IMG/VR virus record: IMGVR_UViG_3300028588_000806
Span: 1-37,976 of that record
DNA from: a virus
Lineage: Duplodnaviria > Caudoviricetes
Strand: one strand, 5' to 3'
Length of the DNA stretch: 37,976 nt
Part shown: positions 9,075 through 16,495 of the stretch, piece after piece
Numbering within the stretch: position 1 is the stretch's first letter
Layout: each line of letters starts with the position of its first letter
Notes under the pieces: model-generated
Database searches by the model: none
What the model was told of the DNA's origin: nothing
Seen by the model: the letters and a program-made list of their open reading frames with translations, nothing else
Made by a program: the position numbers and the translations under genes

Positions 9075-9527
9075 GCTCTCCTGTTGTTTGCGCCGGCGCG
9101 GCCGGCTTCGTGTTGGTGCCCGTCTTTCCGGGCTGTCAGCGGCGCTTGCATCCGCCTCGCTCGTTCACCCATGAGCTTCCGCTGGGGCCGGTTACGTTTC
9201 CGGCGCCGCTGGTGCGGCCGTGCATGGCTTTGCCTTTTCGCGGAACTGTGCTGCTCCATGCTTCCCCGCGTGTGGTGCTGGTCGAATTGGAGGCTCTCGC
9301 CTTCGCTTCCGCGCTGGTGCGCGCTCACCACACAGAAGCGCGCCGGGCGTCGGTGCTTATCCATCACCAGCCCATTCGCGCTGGCATCGACGCGCTTCTG
9401 TGTGGTCACCCCTTACGAGGGTGAGGCGGCCTTTGACGCGGCTTGCGGGGCATGCTCAGTTCCCACTGTCCCGTTCACTGACCCGGGCGAGGCAAGGCGC
9501 GCTTTACCGGGCGCGCCGCACGTTCGG
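9075..9527 (-). ncRNA. Candidate structured non-coding segment of the leftward early transcript
   Basis: 16-bp perfect inverted repeat (9327-9342 / 9391-9406); hairpins GCCCG-GAAAGA-CGGGC-ACCA and GCCGG-AAACGTAA-CCGGC; four GCACCA motifs; no convincing CDS. Confidence 0.45.
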
Positions 9528-9872
9528 TCAGGCCGCGATCGAGTCGAGGTAGCGCTGGCAGCGCTCCTCCAGGGTCGGTTCGAGGTTGCGGCGCTCGCGC
9601 TCGGCCAGCTCACGCTGCGCCAGCGCTTCGGCCTCGGTCCAGATCAGGTCGGTGATGACGCCCTGCAGGCTGTTGGTGCCGGCGAGGGATTCGCGCACCA
9701 GCTGCGCCACGGCGCTGTCGTCGGTGATGAATTCGCCCAGGAGGTCAGTGACCAACTTCGTGGTCTGCGGCTGACCGGCGCGCACCGCGGCAACCATGCC
9801 GGCGGTCTTCTCGCGGATGAGGTTGATCAGGGCGCTTTCGCGCTGGTCGAGGCATGGGGCGGTGCGGGACAT
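9528..9872 (-). CDS. Hypothetical protein, first gene of the PL operon
   Basis: 114 aa, RBS GGAG, about 55 nt downstream of PL. Confidence 0.7.
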   Translation of the reverse strand: MSRTAPCLDQRESALINLIREKTAGMVAAVRAGQPQTTKLVTDLLGEFITDDSAVAQLVRESLAGTNSLQGVITDLIWTEAEALAQRELAERERRNLEPTLEERCQRYLDSIAA

Positions 9873-9925
9873 GGGCTTCTCCAGTCGGCCGCTCGGCGGG
9901 TGCTGAGCGGGTTGCGATAGGAGCT

Positions 9926-9967
9926 ATTAAACACCATGTTTAAACACGGAGTCAACACCATGTTTAG
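9926..9967 (-). promoter_or_regulatory. PL promoter with two repressor operators (OL)
   Basis: Minus strand TTGACT-18nt-TTTAAT. Operators ATTAAACACCATGTTTAA (9926-9943) and TCAACACCATGTTTAG (9952-9967). Confidence 0.8.
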
Positions 9968-10027
9968 TTTTTGTGTGAAAATTCTCACTTCCCGGGACTT
10001 CGGGCTGGCAGGCCCGAGCTACGGGCG

Positions 10028-10051
10028 AAAAAAAGCCCGCGAGTGGCGGGC
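10028..10051 (-). terminator. Intrinsic terminator ending the cI (immunity) transcript
   Basis: Minus strand GCCCGC-CACTC-GCGGGC followed by T7. Confidence 0.75.
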
Positions 10052-10063
10052 ATGGAGGGTGGA

Positions 10064-10279
10064 ATGCTAAAGGCGATCAAGAGCCGCCATGCAGAGAGTA
10101 CCGTCGACTACGTGCGCGACTTGTTAGCCCGTTGCGAGCGCGGTGAGGTCGCGGCCGTGACGGTAATCGAGGAGCTGCCTGGCGGGGAATATCGGTACGG
10201 CGGGGGCAGCACCCCGAGCCGACATGCGACGGCCGGAATGCTGCTGGATGCAGCCATGGAGCGGCTGCGCAAAGAATGA
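10064..10279 (+). CDS. Hypothetical 71-aa protein in the immunity region
   Basis: ATG at 10064 with RBS GGAGGGTGG; stop codon abuts the stop of the convergent gene. Confidence 0.55.
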   Translation: MLKAIKSRHAESTVDYVRDLLARCERGEVAAVTVIEELPGGEYRYGGGSTPSRHATAGMLLDAAMERLRKE

Positions 10280-10417
10280 TTATTTCTTGGGCTTGGTCTG
10301 CGCCAGCGCCGTTGCTGCTACCTTTTTGACGGCCGGTGGTGACTTCGGATTTGAAAGCAGCTTGGACGCAACTTTCGCTACTGCGGGAGAGGTTTGCTTG
10401 TTATTCGACTTCGCCAT
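10280..10417 (-). CDS. Small basic 45-aa protein (not in the ORF track)
   Basis: Manual translation MAKSNNKQTSPAVAKVASKLLSNPKSPPAVKKVAATALAQTKPKK; RBS AAAGGGA. Confidence 0.6.
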   Translation of the reverse strand: MAKSNNKQTSPAVAKVASKLLSNPKSPPAVKKVAATALAQTKPKK

Positions 10418-10477
10418 ACATTCCCTTTCAGGTTAATCCGGCCAACCGCCGGCGGTCATTCCCCGCCACGGCGGGGA

Positions 10478-10903
10478 TTATTTTTTATCTTGGCCTTTTG
10501 GGATACCCAAGAATCCCCGAATAACCCAACCGGCACACCACACAAATACGACCATTGCGAGAAGCGTGAAAAAAGTTGCGCTAATTACTTCGCCGTATCG
10601 CTCAAAACGCTTGTTATAGATCTCTTGATCTAACGCCATGAGCTCCGATTTGTTCAGCGATACGGTATCTGGTCCGGACTCAGCACCGCACACATAAATC
10701 GATGCCCAGGCCGGGCGGCCGTCAACCCTTGCTTCAAAGCGCGAAGCGCTTCCGCACGTATCCACGAAGATTAGCTCCCCATCAAGCAACGAGTATTGTC
10801 TGTGCATGTATGGCTCGACGGTGAACAAGACCAAAGCTCCAACTGCGATTATCAATACGTAGCCAATCTTTGCGATTCGCCTGGCTCCCTCAAATATGTT
10901 CAT
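10478..10903 (-). CDS. Two-TM membrane protein downstream of cI (candidate superinfection exclusion)
   Basis: Hydrophobic helices near both termini around a loop with two Cys; lower GC; 9 nt after the cI stop. Confidence 0.7.
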   Translation of the reverse strand: MNIFEGARRIAKIGYVLIIAVGALVLFTVEPYMHRQYSLLDGELIFVDTCGSASRFEARVDGRPAWASIYVCGAESGPDTVSLNKSELMALDQEIYNKRFERYGEVISATFFTLLAMVVFVWCAGWVIRGFLGIPKGQDKK

Positions 10904-10912
10904 AGTGTGAGG

Positions 10913-11632
10913 TTAAATATGAGTACTTTCTTTTCTAACGACCCGGCCGATAACAATACATTCGGCGGCCTTACATAACTGCCTATGGTATTTTCGCTGG
11001 TCCGAATTATCTGAAGTCAACCACCACTGCCCGGCGTCGCGCAACATTCGTTTTACAATCGCTTCGCCTTCGTAATTGACGACATAAACCATACCGGACA
11101 CGAGATTTTTATCTGCCGTGTTCACCACGATGGTGTCGCCGTCATACAGGCTCGGCTCCATGCTCTCGCCACGCACGACGATGGCAAGCAGCGCATCACG
11201 TCGCAGGCCTTCCTGTAAGACCCAGCGCGTCGGGACGCCCTGCGTTTCTCCCTCGTAGTGCTCGGGTTCAACTTGGAACCCCGTGATGCCCGCCTGTACT
11301 CGCAGCCTCACCTTCATGATCTGCGTCATGGTCGGATCATCCGGCCCGGATGTGTGAACTGGAACAGCTCCCGGCACCAGCTCGAAGATGCTAGGACCAG
11401 CCGGCGCCACAGATGTATCGATCGTCATTGCCCCAGCGCCAGTTTCCAACCAGGTCGCCGAGCAACCGAGCTCGGCCTGCGCTTTGAGCATTCCCGCCCT
11501 GGAGATCCCGCGCGACTCCCAATTCTTGACCGTCTGTGAAGACTGGTTCAGCGCCCGCGCGAGCTCTGCTTGCGTCGACAAGCCACGCAAGTCTTTGGCC
11601 GCTTGGTACAGCCGTTCCATTTGTATGTGCAT
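10913..11632 (-). CDS. cI: CI-like repressor (HTH + S24 autopeptidase)
   Basis: HTH STQAELARALNQSSQTVKNWE; AG cleavage site (VQAG); catalytic Ser in GESMEP and Lys in IVKR; start probably at 11632 or 11620. Confidence 0.9.
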   Translation of the reverse strand: MHIQMERLYQAAKDLRGLSTQAELARALNQSSQTVKNWESRGISRAGMLKAQAELGCSATWLETGAGAMTIDTSVAPAGPSIFELVPGAVPVHTSGPDDPTMTQIMKVRLRVQAGITGFQVEPEHYEGETQGVPTRWVLQEGLRRDALLAIVVRGESMEPSLYDGDTIVVNTADKNLVSGMVYVVNYEGEAIVKRMLRDAGQWWLTSDNSDQRKYHRQLCKAAECIVIGRVVRKESTHI

Positions 11633-11650
11633 ACAGCAATTATCCGGGAA

Positions 11651-11706
11651 GTAAACAAGATGTGTTACACACCACGTTGACACGCAGGTTAAACATGGTG
11701 TTTAAT
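11651..11706 (+). promoter_or_regulatory. PR promoter with OR operators
   Basis: TTGACA (11677)-18nt-TTTAAT (11701). TTAAACATGGTGTTTAAT (11689-11706) is the exact reverse complement of 9926-9943. Variant copies at 11665-11681 and 11651-11668. Confidence 0.8.
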
Positions 11707-11736
11707 CGAGGCACCGAAACCTACCCGGAAATTCTG

Positions 11737-11931
11737 ATGTCCACCGATAAAGAACTGATCGAAAGCCTGGGCGGTCCCGCGAAGCTCGCCGCTCGCTTGA
11801 AATGCAGCGTGCAGCGCGTCCAGAACTGGAAGGAGCGCGGCATCCCGCCGCGTGTCCGCCTCGATCACCCGGACGTGTTCCCGCTGCCGAACTCGCAGCA
11901 ACCGACGCAACCGGACGCCCAGCCGCAGTAA
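11737..11931 (+). CDS. cro: Cro-like transcriptional regulator
   Basis: 64 aa, LIESLGGPAKLAARLKCSVQRVQNWKERGIP HTH; divergent from cI. Confidence 0.85.
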   Translation: MSTDKELIESLGGPAKLAARLKCSVQRVQNWKERGIPPRVRLDHPDVFPLPNSQQPTQPDAQPQ

Positions 11932-11946
11932 CCCGCGGCTTTTTTT
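11921..11946 (+). terminator. tR1-like terminator after cro
   Basis: AGCCGC-AGTAACCC-GCGGCT followed by a T-run. Confidence 0.6.
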
Positions 11947-12022
11947 GCGCCGGTCCCGTTTCCGACCGGCTCCTGCCCCACCACCACCCCGAAGTCCTGC
12001 ACCACGAACATAGGAAACCACC

Positions 12023-12268
12023 ATGTCCCCACGCAACATCGAAGTGAAGACCCTGCTCAATGCCGACGAGTTCGTCGACCTGGAGCGGGAATGCAAAGCC
12101 GCCGACGTCACCCGCAGCAAGCTGCTGCGCGACCTGGCGAAGGGCTGGATGGCCGACCGGAAGGATAGTCGGCGCCAGCACCAGGCGGAACGTCCCGGCT
12201 ATGGCCAGAACATGGCCGTGTTCCTGCCGAGCCGCGCCGCACGCCCGCGCATGCACATGCGTCTTTGA
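12023..12268 (+). CDS. Ribbon-helix-helix-like regulator at the cII position
   Basis: IEVKTLL strand followed by two helices (VTRSKLLRDL); RBS AGGA. Confidence 0.55.
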   Translation: MSPRNIEVKTLLNADEFVDLERECKAADVTRSKLLRDLAKGWMADRKDSRRQHQAERPGYGQNMAVFLPSRAARPRMHMRL

Positions 12269-12280
12269 GGCGGGCGGCAC

Positions 12281-12511
12281 ATGGCAAATCGAAGCAATCC
12301 CGTAACCGAGGAAGGTATGGAAGACACACAGAAGGCGACGCCGAACGAGAAGATCGTCGTGCAGTGCCACACATGGCGACATGCTGATATGGAGGCGATC
12401 GCGGACAAGCGGAACGTCGACAAGCAGCGCGCCGAATATCTCGCGCGCCGGCAGCTGGCGAAGGTCATCGATGACGCCCGCGCCCAGTCGGGGAAGGCGA
12501 CGCCGCCATGA
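12281..12511 (+). CDS. Hypothetical phage protein
   Basis: Stop overlaps the methylase start (ATGA); the true start may be 12317. Confidence 0.6.
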   Translation: MANRSNPVTEEGMEDTQKATPNEKIVVQCHTWRHADMEAIADKRNVDKQRAEYLARRQLAKVIDDARAQSGKATPP

Positions 12512-13386
12512 CCACGATCGCCCCTACCCCACTCGCGCCGGCACGCCCGGTGCTGCGCTATCACGGTGGCAAGTTCCGCCTGGCGCCGTGGATCCTGTCG
12601 TTCTTCCCCGAGCACGTCGTCTACGTCGAGCCCTTCGGCGGCGCGGCGTCGGTGCTGCTGCAGAAGCCGCGCGTCGGCGCCGAGTGCTACAACGACCTGG
12701 ATGGCGAGGTGGTGAACCTCTTCCGCCTCCTGCGTGACCCAGCGTCGGCGCTCGAGCTGCAGCGCCGTGTCGAACTGACGCCTTTCGCACGCGAGGAATT
12801 CGACTGGGCCTACGAGCCGGTGACCGATGAAATGGACGCCGCGCACAAGCTAATTATCAAGTCGTTCATGGGCCACGGCAGTGACTCGGCCACCCGCGCA
12901 TGCCGCACTGGCTTCCGATCGAAGCTGTCGGACGGTCGCGTGCTGCCGAGCGTCGAGTACTCCACCTGGTCGAACGCGATCCCATCGTTCACCCATCGCC
13001 TCAAGGCGGTCGTCATAGAGAACCGCAACGCGCTCGAGGTGATCCAGCGCATGGATTCGCCGTCGACTCTCATCTATGCAGACCCGCCGTACTGCCACAG
13101 CACCCGCTCGGCATTCCGCTCGAACAAGAGTCACGGGTACCGCCACGAAATGACGGACGACGATCACCGCGCGCTGGCCGCGGTACTCCACCAGGCCGAA
13201 GGCATGGTCGTGCTGTCCGGATACCCGAGCGACCTGTACGACCAGGAGCTGTATTCGGACTGGATCCGCCACGAACGCCGGCACATCGCTGACGGCGGGC
13301 GCACGCGCACCGAAGTGGTCTGGATCAATGAGGCCTGCGCCGCCGCGCTCGAGCAACAGGCGGCCCAGCAAAGGATGTTCGCATGA
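12508..13386 (+). CDS. DNA adenine methyltransferase (Dam/D12 class), orphan
   Basis: LRYHGGK, YVEPFGGAASV, YNDLD and catalytic DPPY motifs. Confidence 0.9.
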   Translation: MTTIAPTPLAPARPVLRYHGGKFRLAPWILSFFPEHVVYVEPFGGAASVLLQKPRVGAECYNDLDGEVVNLFRLLRDPASALELQRRVELTPFAREEFDWAYEPVTDEMDAAHKLIIKSFMGHGSDSATRACRTGFRSKLSDGRVLPSVEYSTWSNAIPSFTHRLKAVVIENRNALEVIQRMDSPSTLIYADPPYCHSTRSAFRSNKSHGYRHEMTDDDHRALAAVLHQAEGMVVLSGYPSDLYDQELYSDWIRHERRHIADGGRTRTEVVWINEACAAALEQQAAQQRMFA

Positions 13387-14222
13387 ACTTCTACAAGCGC
13401 CACATCGGCGACTACATCAAGAAGGCCGGCCACCTGACGCTGCTCGAGCACGGCGTCTACGCGCGCCTGATGGACGTCTACTACACGCGCGAGGCCGGCA
13501 TCCCCGAAGACAAGGCCGCACGCCTCATCAGCGCCCGGTCGAAGGAAGAGCTGCAGGCGCTGGCCAATGTGCTCGACGAGTTCTTCGTCCTGGTCGACGG
13601 TCTATGGACGCAAGGCCGCTGCGAGGAGGAAATCGGCAACGCCAGCGAGAAAGCGGAACAGAACCGGGAGAACGGGAAAAAGGGTGGCAGGCCGAAGAAA
13701 GCGGCAAGCGAACCGAAACCCACGGAAAACCCAAACGGTTTTGATTTTGGAAACCATGTGGGTTCTGAAAATAACCTTAGCCAGACTCCAGACTCCAGAC
13801 TCCAGACTAAAACCATGGAAAACACCGCGCCTACTCAACCGGAGTCGGGCGCGGGAGAAGGCCTGGTCACCGCCGTTCAGCTGAGCATTGCCATGCGCAG
13901 CGCCGGCATCGAGTCCCAGCCTGCCGACCCTCGCCTGATCGCTCTGGCCGACCAGGGCGTCACCCCGGCCACAGTCACCGCTGCCTGCCAGGAAGCGCGC
14001 AAGTCCAAGCCGACCGAGCGCATCGGTGTCGGCTATGTCGCCGCGATCCTGGAGCGCTGGTCTGCCGAGGCCGAGAAGCTGCAGGCCAACGGCGCCGCGC
14101 CACCGCGCGCCACGACCCGCCAGGCCGGCCAGGCCAACATCCAACGCCTCAACGACCGCATCAACGGAGCAAGCCATGACGCAGACCCTCGCATCATCGA
14201 CATCAACGACCGCCCTGCCTGA
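13383..14222 (+). CDS. Replication initiator (YdaU/DUF1376, lambda O-like)
   Basis: N-terminus MNFYKRHIGDY...HLTLLEHGVY; NGKKGGRP; internal repeat-rich region. Confidence 0.85.
   Translation: MNFYKRHIGDYIKKAGHLTLLEHGVYARLMDVYYTREAGIPEDKAARLISARSKEELQALANVLDEFFVLVDGLWTQGRCEEEIGNASEKAEQNRENGKKGGRPKKAASEPKPTENPNGFDFGNHVGSENNLSQTPDSRLQTKTMENTAPTQPESGAGEGLVTAVQLSIAMRSAGIESQPADPRLIALADQGVTPATVTAACQEARKSKPTERIGVGYVAAILERWSAEAEKLQANGAAPPRATTRQAGQANIQRLNDRINGASHDADPRIIDINDRPA
13700..13830. repeat. Putative replication origin inside the initiator gene, including (CCAGACT)x4 at 13781-13808
   Basis: AT-rich patch with several AACC/GGTT motifs followed by four perfect 7-mer tandem repeats; position matches lambdoid origins. 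Confidence 0.65.
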
Positions 14223-14874
14223 GGCATGGGTCGAGCGCCTGTTCGAGCGCATGTTGCTCGAGTACGGCAAGCGCTTCGCCGACCAGTGGGCACAGGCCGA
14301 CATGGACAAGCTCATCGCCTACTGGGCCGACGAGCTGGCCGGCTACAGCGGCAACGAGCTCAAGCGCGGCCTCGATGCGCTCAGCCAGCGCGACTGGCCG
14401 CCCACGCTGCCGGAGTTCAAGCGCATGTGCCGCCCGAGGGTTGACCCGCTCAAGGCGTACTACGAGGCCGTCGCAGGCGTGCAGGCCCGCTTCGCCGGCG
14501 AGCACGGCATGTGGTCGCACCCGGCCATCTACTGGGCTGCGATGCCCATGGCCAGCGAGCTGCAGCAGCAGAGCTACAGCCAGGTGCGATCGCGCTGGGA
14601 AGCGCTGCTCGACCAGCAGCTCGCCCTGGGGCATTGGGACGAGATCCCGAAGCCGGTGCTGGCCCTGACCGCGCCTACGAACGTCACGAAGACCGAGAAG
14701 GCGCAGCAGGCCGTCAAGCGCCTGATCTCGACCGTGATCAACCGCCCGGCGAATCGCGACAACCTGGCCTGGGCCAAGAACCTGATCGAGCGGGAAGCCG
14801 CAGGGGAATCGCTGCTGCCGATCCAGGCGAGGTTTGCCCGAGAGGCGGTCGAGCGGGAGCAGCAGGCCACCTGA
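14176..14874 (+). CDS. Replication protein P-like (helicase loader)
   Basis: LF.RM...YG..F..QW and WPPTLPEF..MC motifs; directly follows the initiator; RBS GGAG. Confidence 0.7.
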   Translation: MTQTLASSTSTTALPEAWVERLFERMLLEYGKRFADQWAQADMDKLIAYWADELAGYSGNELKRGLDALSQRDWPPTLPEFKRMCRPRVDPLKAYYEAVAGVQARFAGEHGMWSHPAIYWAAMPMASELQQQSYSQVRSRWEALLDQQLALGHWDEIPKPVLALTAPTNVTKTEKAQQAVKRLISTVINRPANRDNLAWAKNLIEREAAGESLLPIQARFAREAVEREQQAT

Positions 14875-14928
14875 CCGAGACCATTTCGCGCGCGAGAGCG
14901 CCACAACAACGACAAGGAGAACGAACCC

Positions 14929-15435
14929 ATGATCATCCTGGCCATCGACATCGGCACACAAACCGGCTGGGCCCGCACCGACCGGAACGGCGCCGTGCAC
15001 AGCGGCAGCGAGAAATTCCAGTACGGCCGCATGGAGCGCCCGGGCCACCGCTGGCTCAAGTTCCGCGCCTTCCTCGCCGAGCAGCGCCTGGCCGCCGGCG
15101 ACATCCACGCGGTCTACTACGAGGACGTGAAGCAGCACGCCGGCACGCTGGCCGCGCACGTCTACGGCGGCTTCCTGGCCATGCTGGAGATGTGGTGCGC
15201 GGCGAACAACGTGCCGCTGCGCCCGGTCGGCGTCGGCCAGGTCAAGAAGCACTGGACCGGCAAGGGCAACGCCGACAAGCTGGCCATGGTCGAGACCGCG
15301 CGCGCCAAGGGCTTCCGCCCGAAGGACAACAACGAGGCCGACGCGCTGGCCATCCTGGCGCTCGCGCAGCACAACGAGGGCGTGGCGCTGACGCAGGCCG
15401 TGCAGGCTTGCGAACTGTTCGAGGTGGCAGCGTGA
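14929..15435 (+). CDS. RuvC-like Holliday junction resolvase
   Basis: ILAIDIG, YYE, VKKHWTGKGNADK and NEADALAI motifs. Confidence 0.8.
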   Translation: MIILAIDIGTQTGWARTDRNGAVHSGSEKFQYGRMERPGHRWLKFRAFLAEQRLAAGDIHAVYYEDVKQHAGTLAAHVYGGFLAMLEMWCAANNVPLRPVGVGQVKKHWTGKGNADKLAMVETARAKGFRPKDNNEADALAILALAQHNEGVALTQAVQACELFEVAA

Positions 15436-15641
15436 TGTACGCCGCCGCTGTTATCGCAATCCTCCAGGTTCAGGACGATCACAATTTCGAGCGCTCGCTG
15501 CGTGACCTGGCGCCCGAGGTGGCGCGGCAGATGCGCGAGAAACGCGCCACGAACCGCGAGCGTGCGCGCCAGGAGGTTGTGGCCGAGCGCCGACATCGCG
15601 AGCTGGTGGATGCAATTCGGGCGAGGAGGGCTGCACCATGA
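15435..15641 (+). CDS. Hypothetical phage protein
   Basis: MYAAAVIAILQVQDDHN...; overlaps both neighbours at start and stop codons. Confidence 0.55.
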   Translation: MYAAAVIAILQVQDDHNFERSLRDLAPEVARQMREKRATNRERARQEVVAERRHRELVDAIRARRAAP

Positions 15642-16081
15642 CGGTCATCGCATGGGACGGCGCGGTAATGGCCGCAGACCGCCGCGCCGTGGATAGTGGC
15701 GTCGAGCTGCTGGTGTCGAAGCTGCGCCGCTTCGACGGCATGCTGGTCGGGATCTCGGGCGAGGCCGCGCACGCCGAGGAGTTGTTCGCGTGGTTCGCTG
15801 CCGGCGCCAGCCCAGAAGCCTACCCGCCGGCGCAGCGCGAAGATGCAACCTGGTGCGCGGTGCTGGCCGTGCGACCTGACGGCACGCTGCTGCGCTACGG
15901 GCTGACGCCCTACCCGATCCAGATCGCCAACAGCTTCGCCGCAATCGGCAGCGGCCGGGACTACGCGCTTGCTGCGATGCACCTGGGTCGTGGCGCGCGC
16001 CAGGCCGTCGAGGTTGCGTGCGCCCTGAACACCAGCTGCGGCGGCGGGATCGATCACCTCTTCCTGGGAGGGAAGCTTTGA
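15638..16081 (+). CDS. Proteasome-beta/HslV-like Ntn-hydrolase family protein
   Basis: M-T-V-I-A N-terminus (Thr1), MAADRR, SKL, VGISG, AIGSG..YA, AVEVA..L...CGG. Confidence 0.75.
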   Translation: MTVIAWDGAVMAADRRAVDSGVELLVSKLRRFDGMLVGISGEAAHAEELFAWFAAGASPEAYPPAQREDATWCAVLAVRPDGTLLRYGLTPYPIQIANSFAAIGSGRDYALAAMHLGRGARQAVEVACALNTSCGGGIDHLFLGGKL

Positions 16082-16446
16082 CCGACCGACGCGACATCGG
16101 CGCCCGCCTCGAAAACTGGGGCCGCGTCTACCGCCCTACCCGCACCATTGGCGTCAGCGCCACCGCCGCCTTCTGCGACCAGCTCGAGCGCGAGGCCAAT
16201 GGCGAGAAGCCCACGGCCGAGCGCCGCAAGATCGACGAGGCCGACGCCCAGGTCATCGAGCGCGCCATGCGCCTGCTGTCCGGACGCGACCGGCTGCTGC
16301 TCAAGCTGTGCTACGTCGACCAGGCCGAGCCGCACGTCGTGTGCAGGAAGCTGTCGTTGGCGCACCGGCCGGCGACCGTCTTCGTCACCGCGTTCCACCA
16401 GGCTCAACACGCCGTTGAGAGCGTAGCGAAATCCATTGCAACTTGA
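16078..16446 (+). CDS. Q-like late antiterminator/regulator
   Basis: RLENWG N-terminus, IDEADA..IERA...L, and a sigma region-4-like HTH; last delayed-early gene; TTG start coupled to the previous stop. Confidence 0.6.
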   Translation: MTDRRDIGARLENWGRVYRPTRTIGVSATAAFCDQLEREANGEKPTAERRKIDEADAQVIERAMRLLSGRDRLLLKLCYVDQAEPHVVCRKLSLAHRPATVFVTAFHQAQHAVESVAKSIAT

Positions 16447-16495
16447 ATAAGGATTAAGCGTAAAATTTCGGAACACTGATCAATAATTTCGTCCA

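Noticed and set aside
9071-9409. 226-aa version of the 8729 ORF
   Set aside because: The extension is low-complexity and runs through strong RNA stems, while the ATG at 9070 has a clear RBS. Not formally excluded.
13781-13808. CRISPR array
   Set aside because: These are contiguous 7-mers with no spacers, inside a CDS; no cas genes in the window.
14511-15434. 376-aa ORF 14511-15641
   Set aside because: Alternative frame over the P-like and RuvC-like genes; only the last 68 codons (from 15435) look real.
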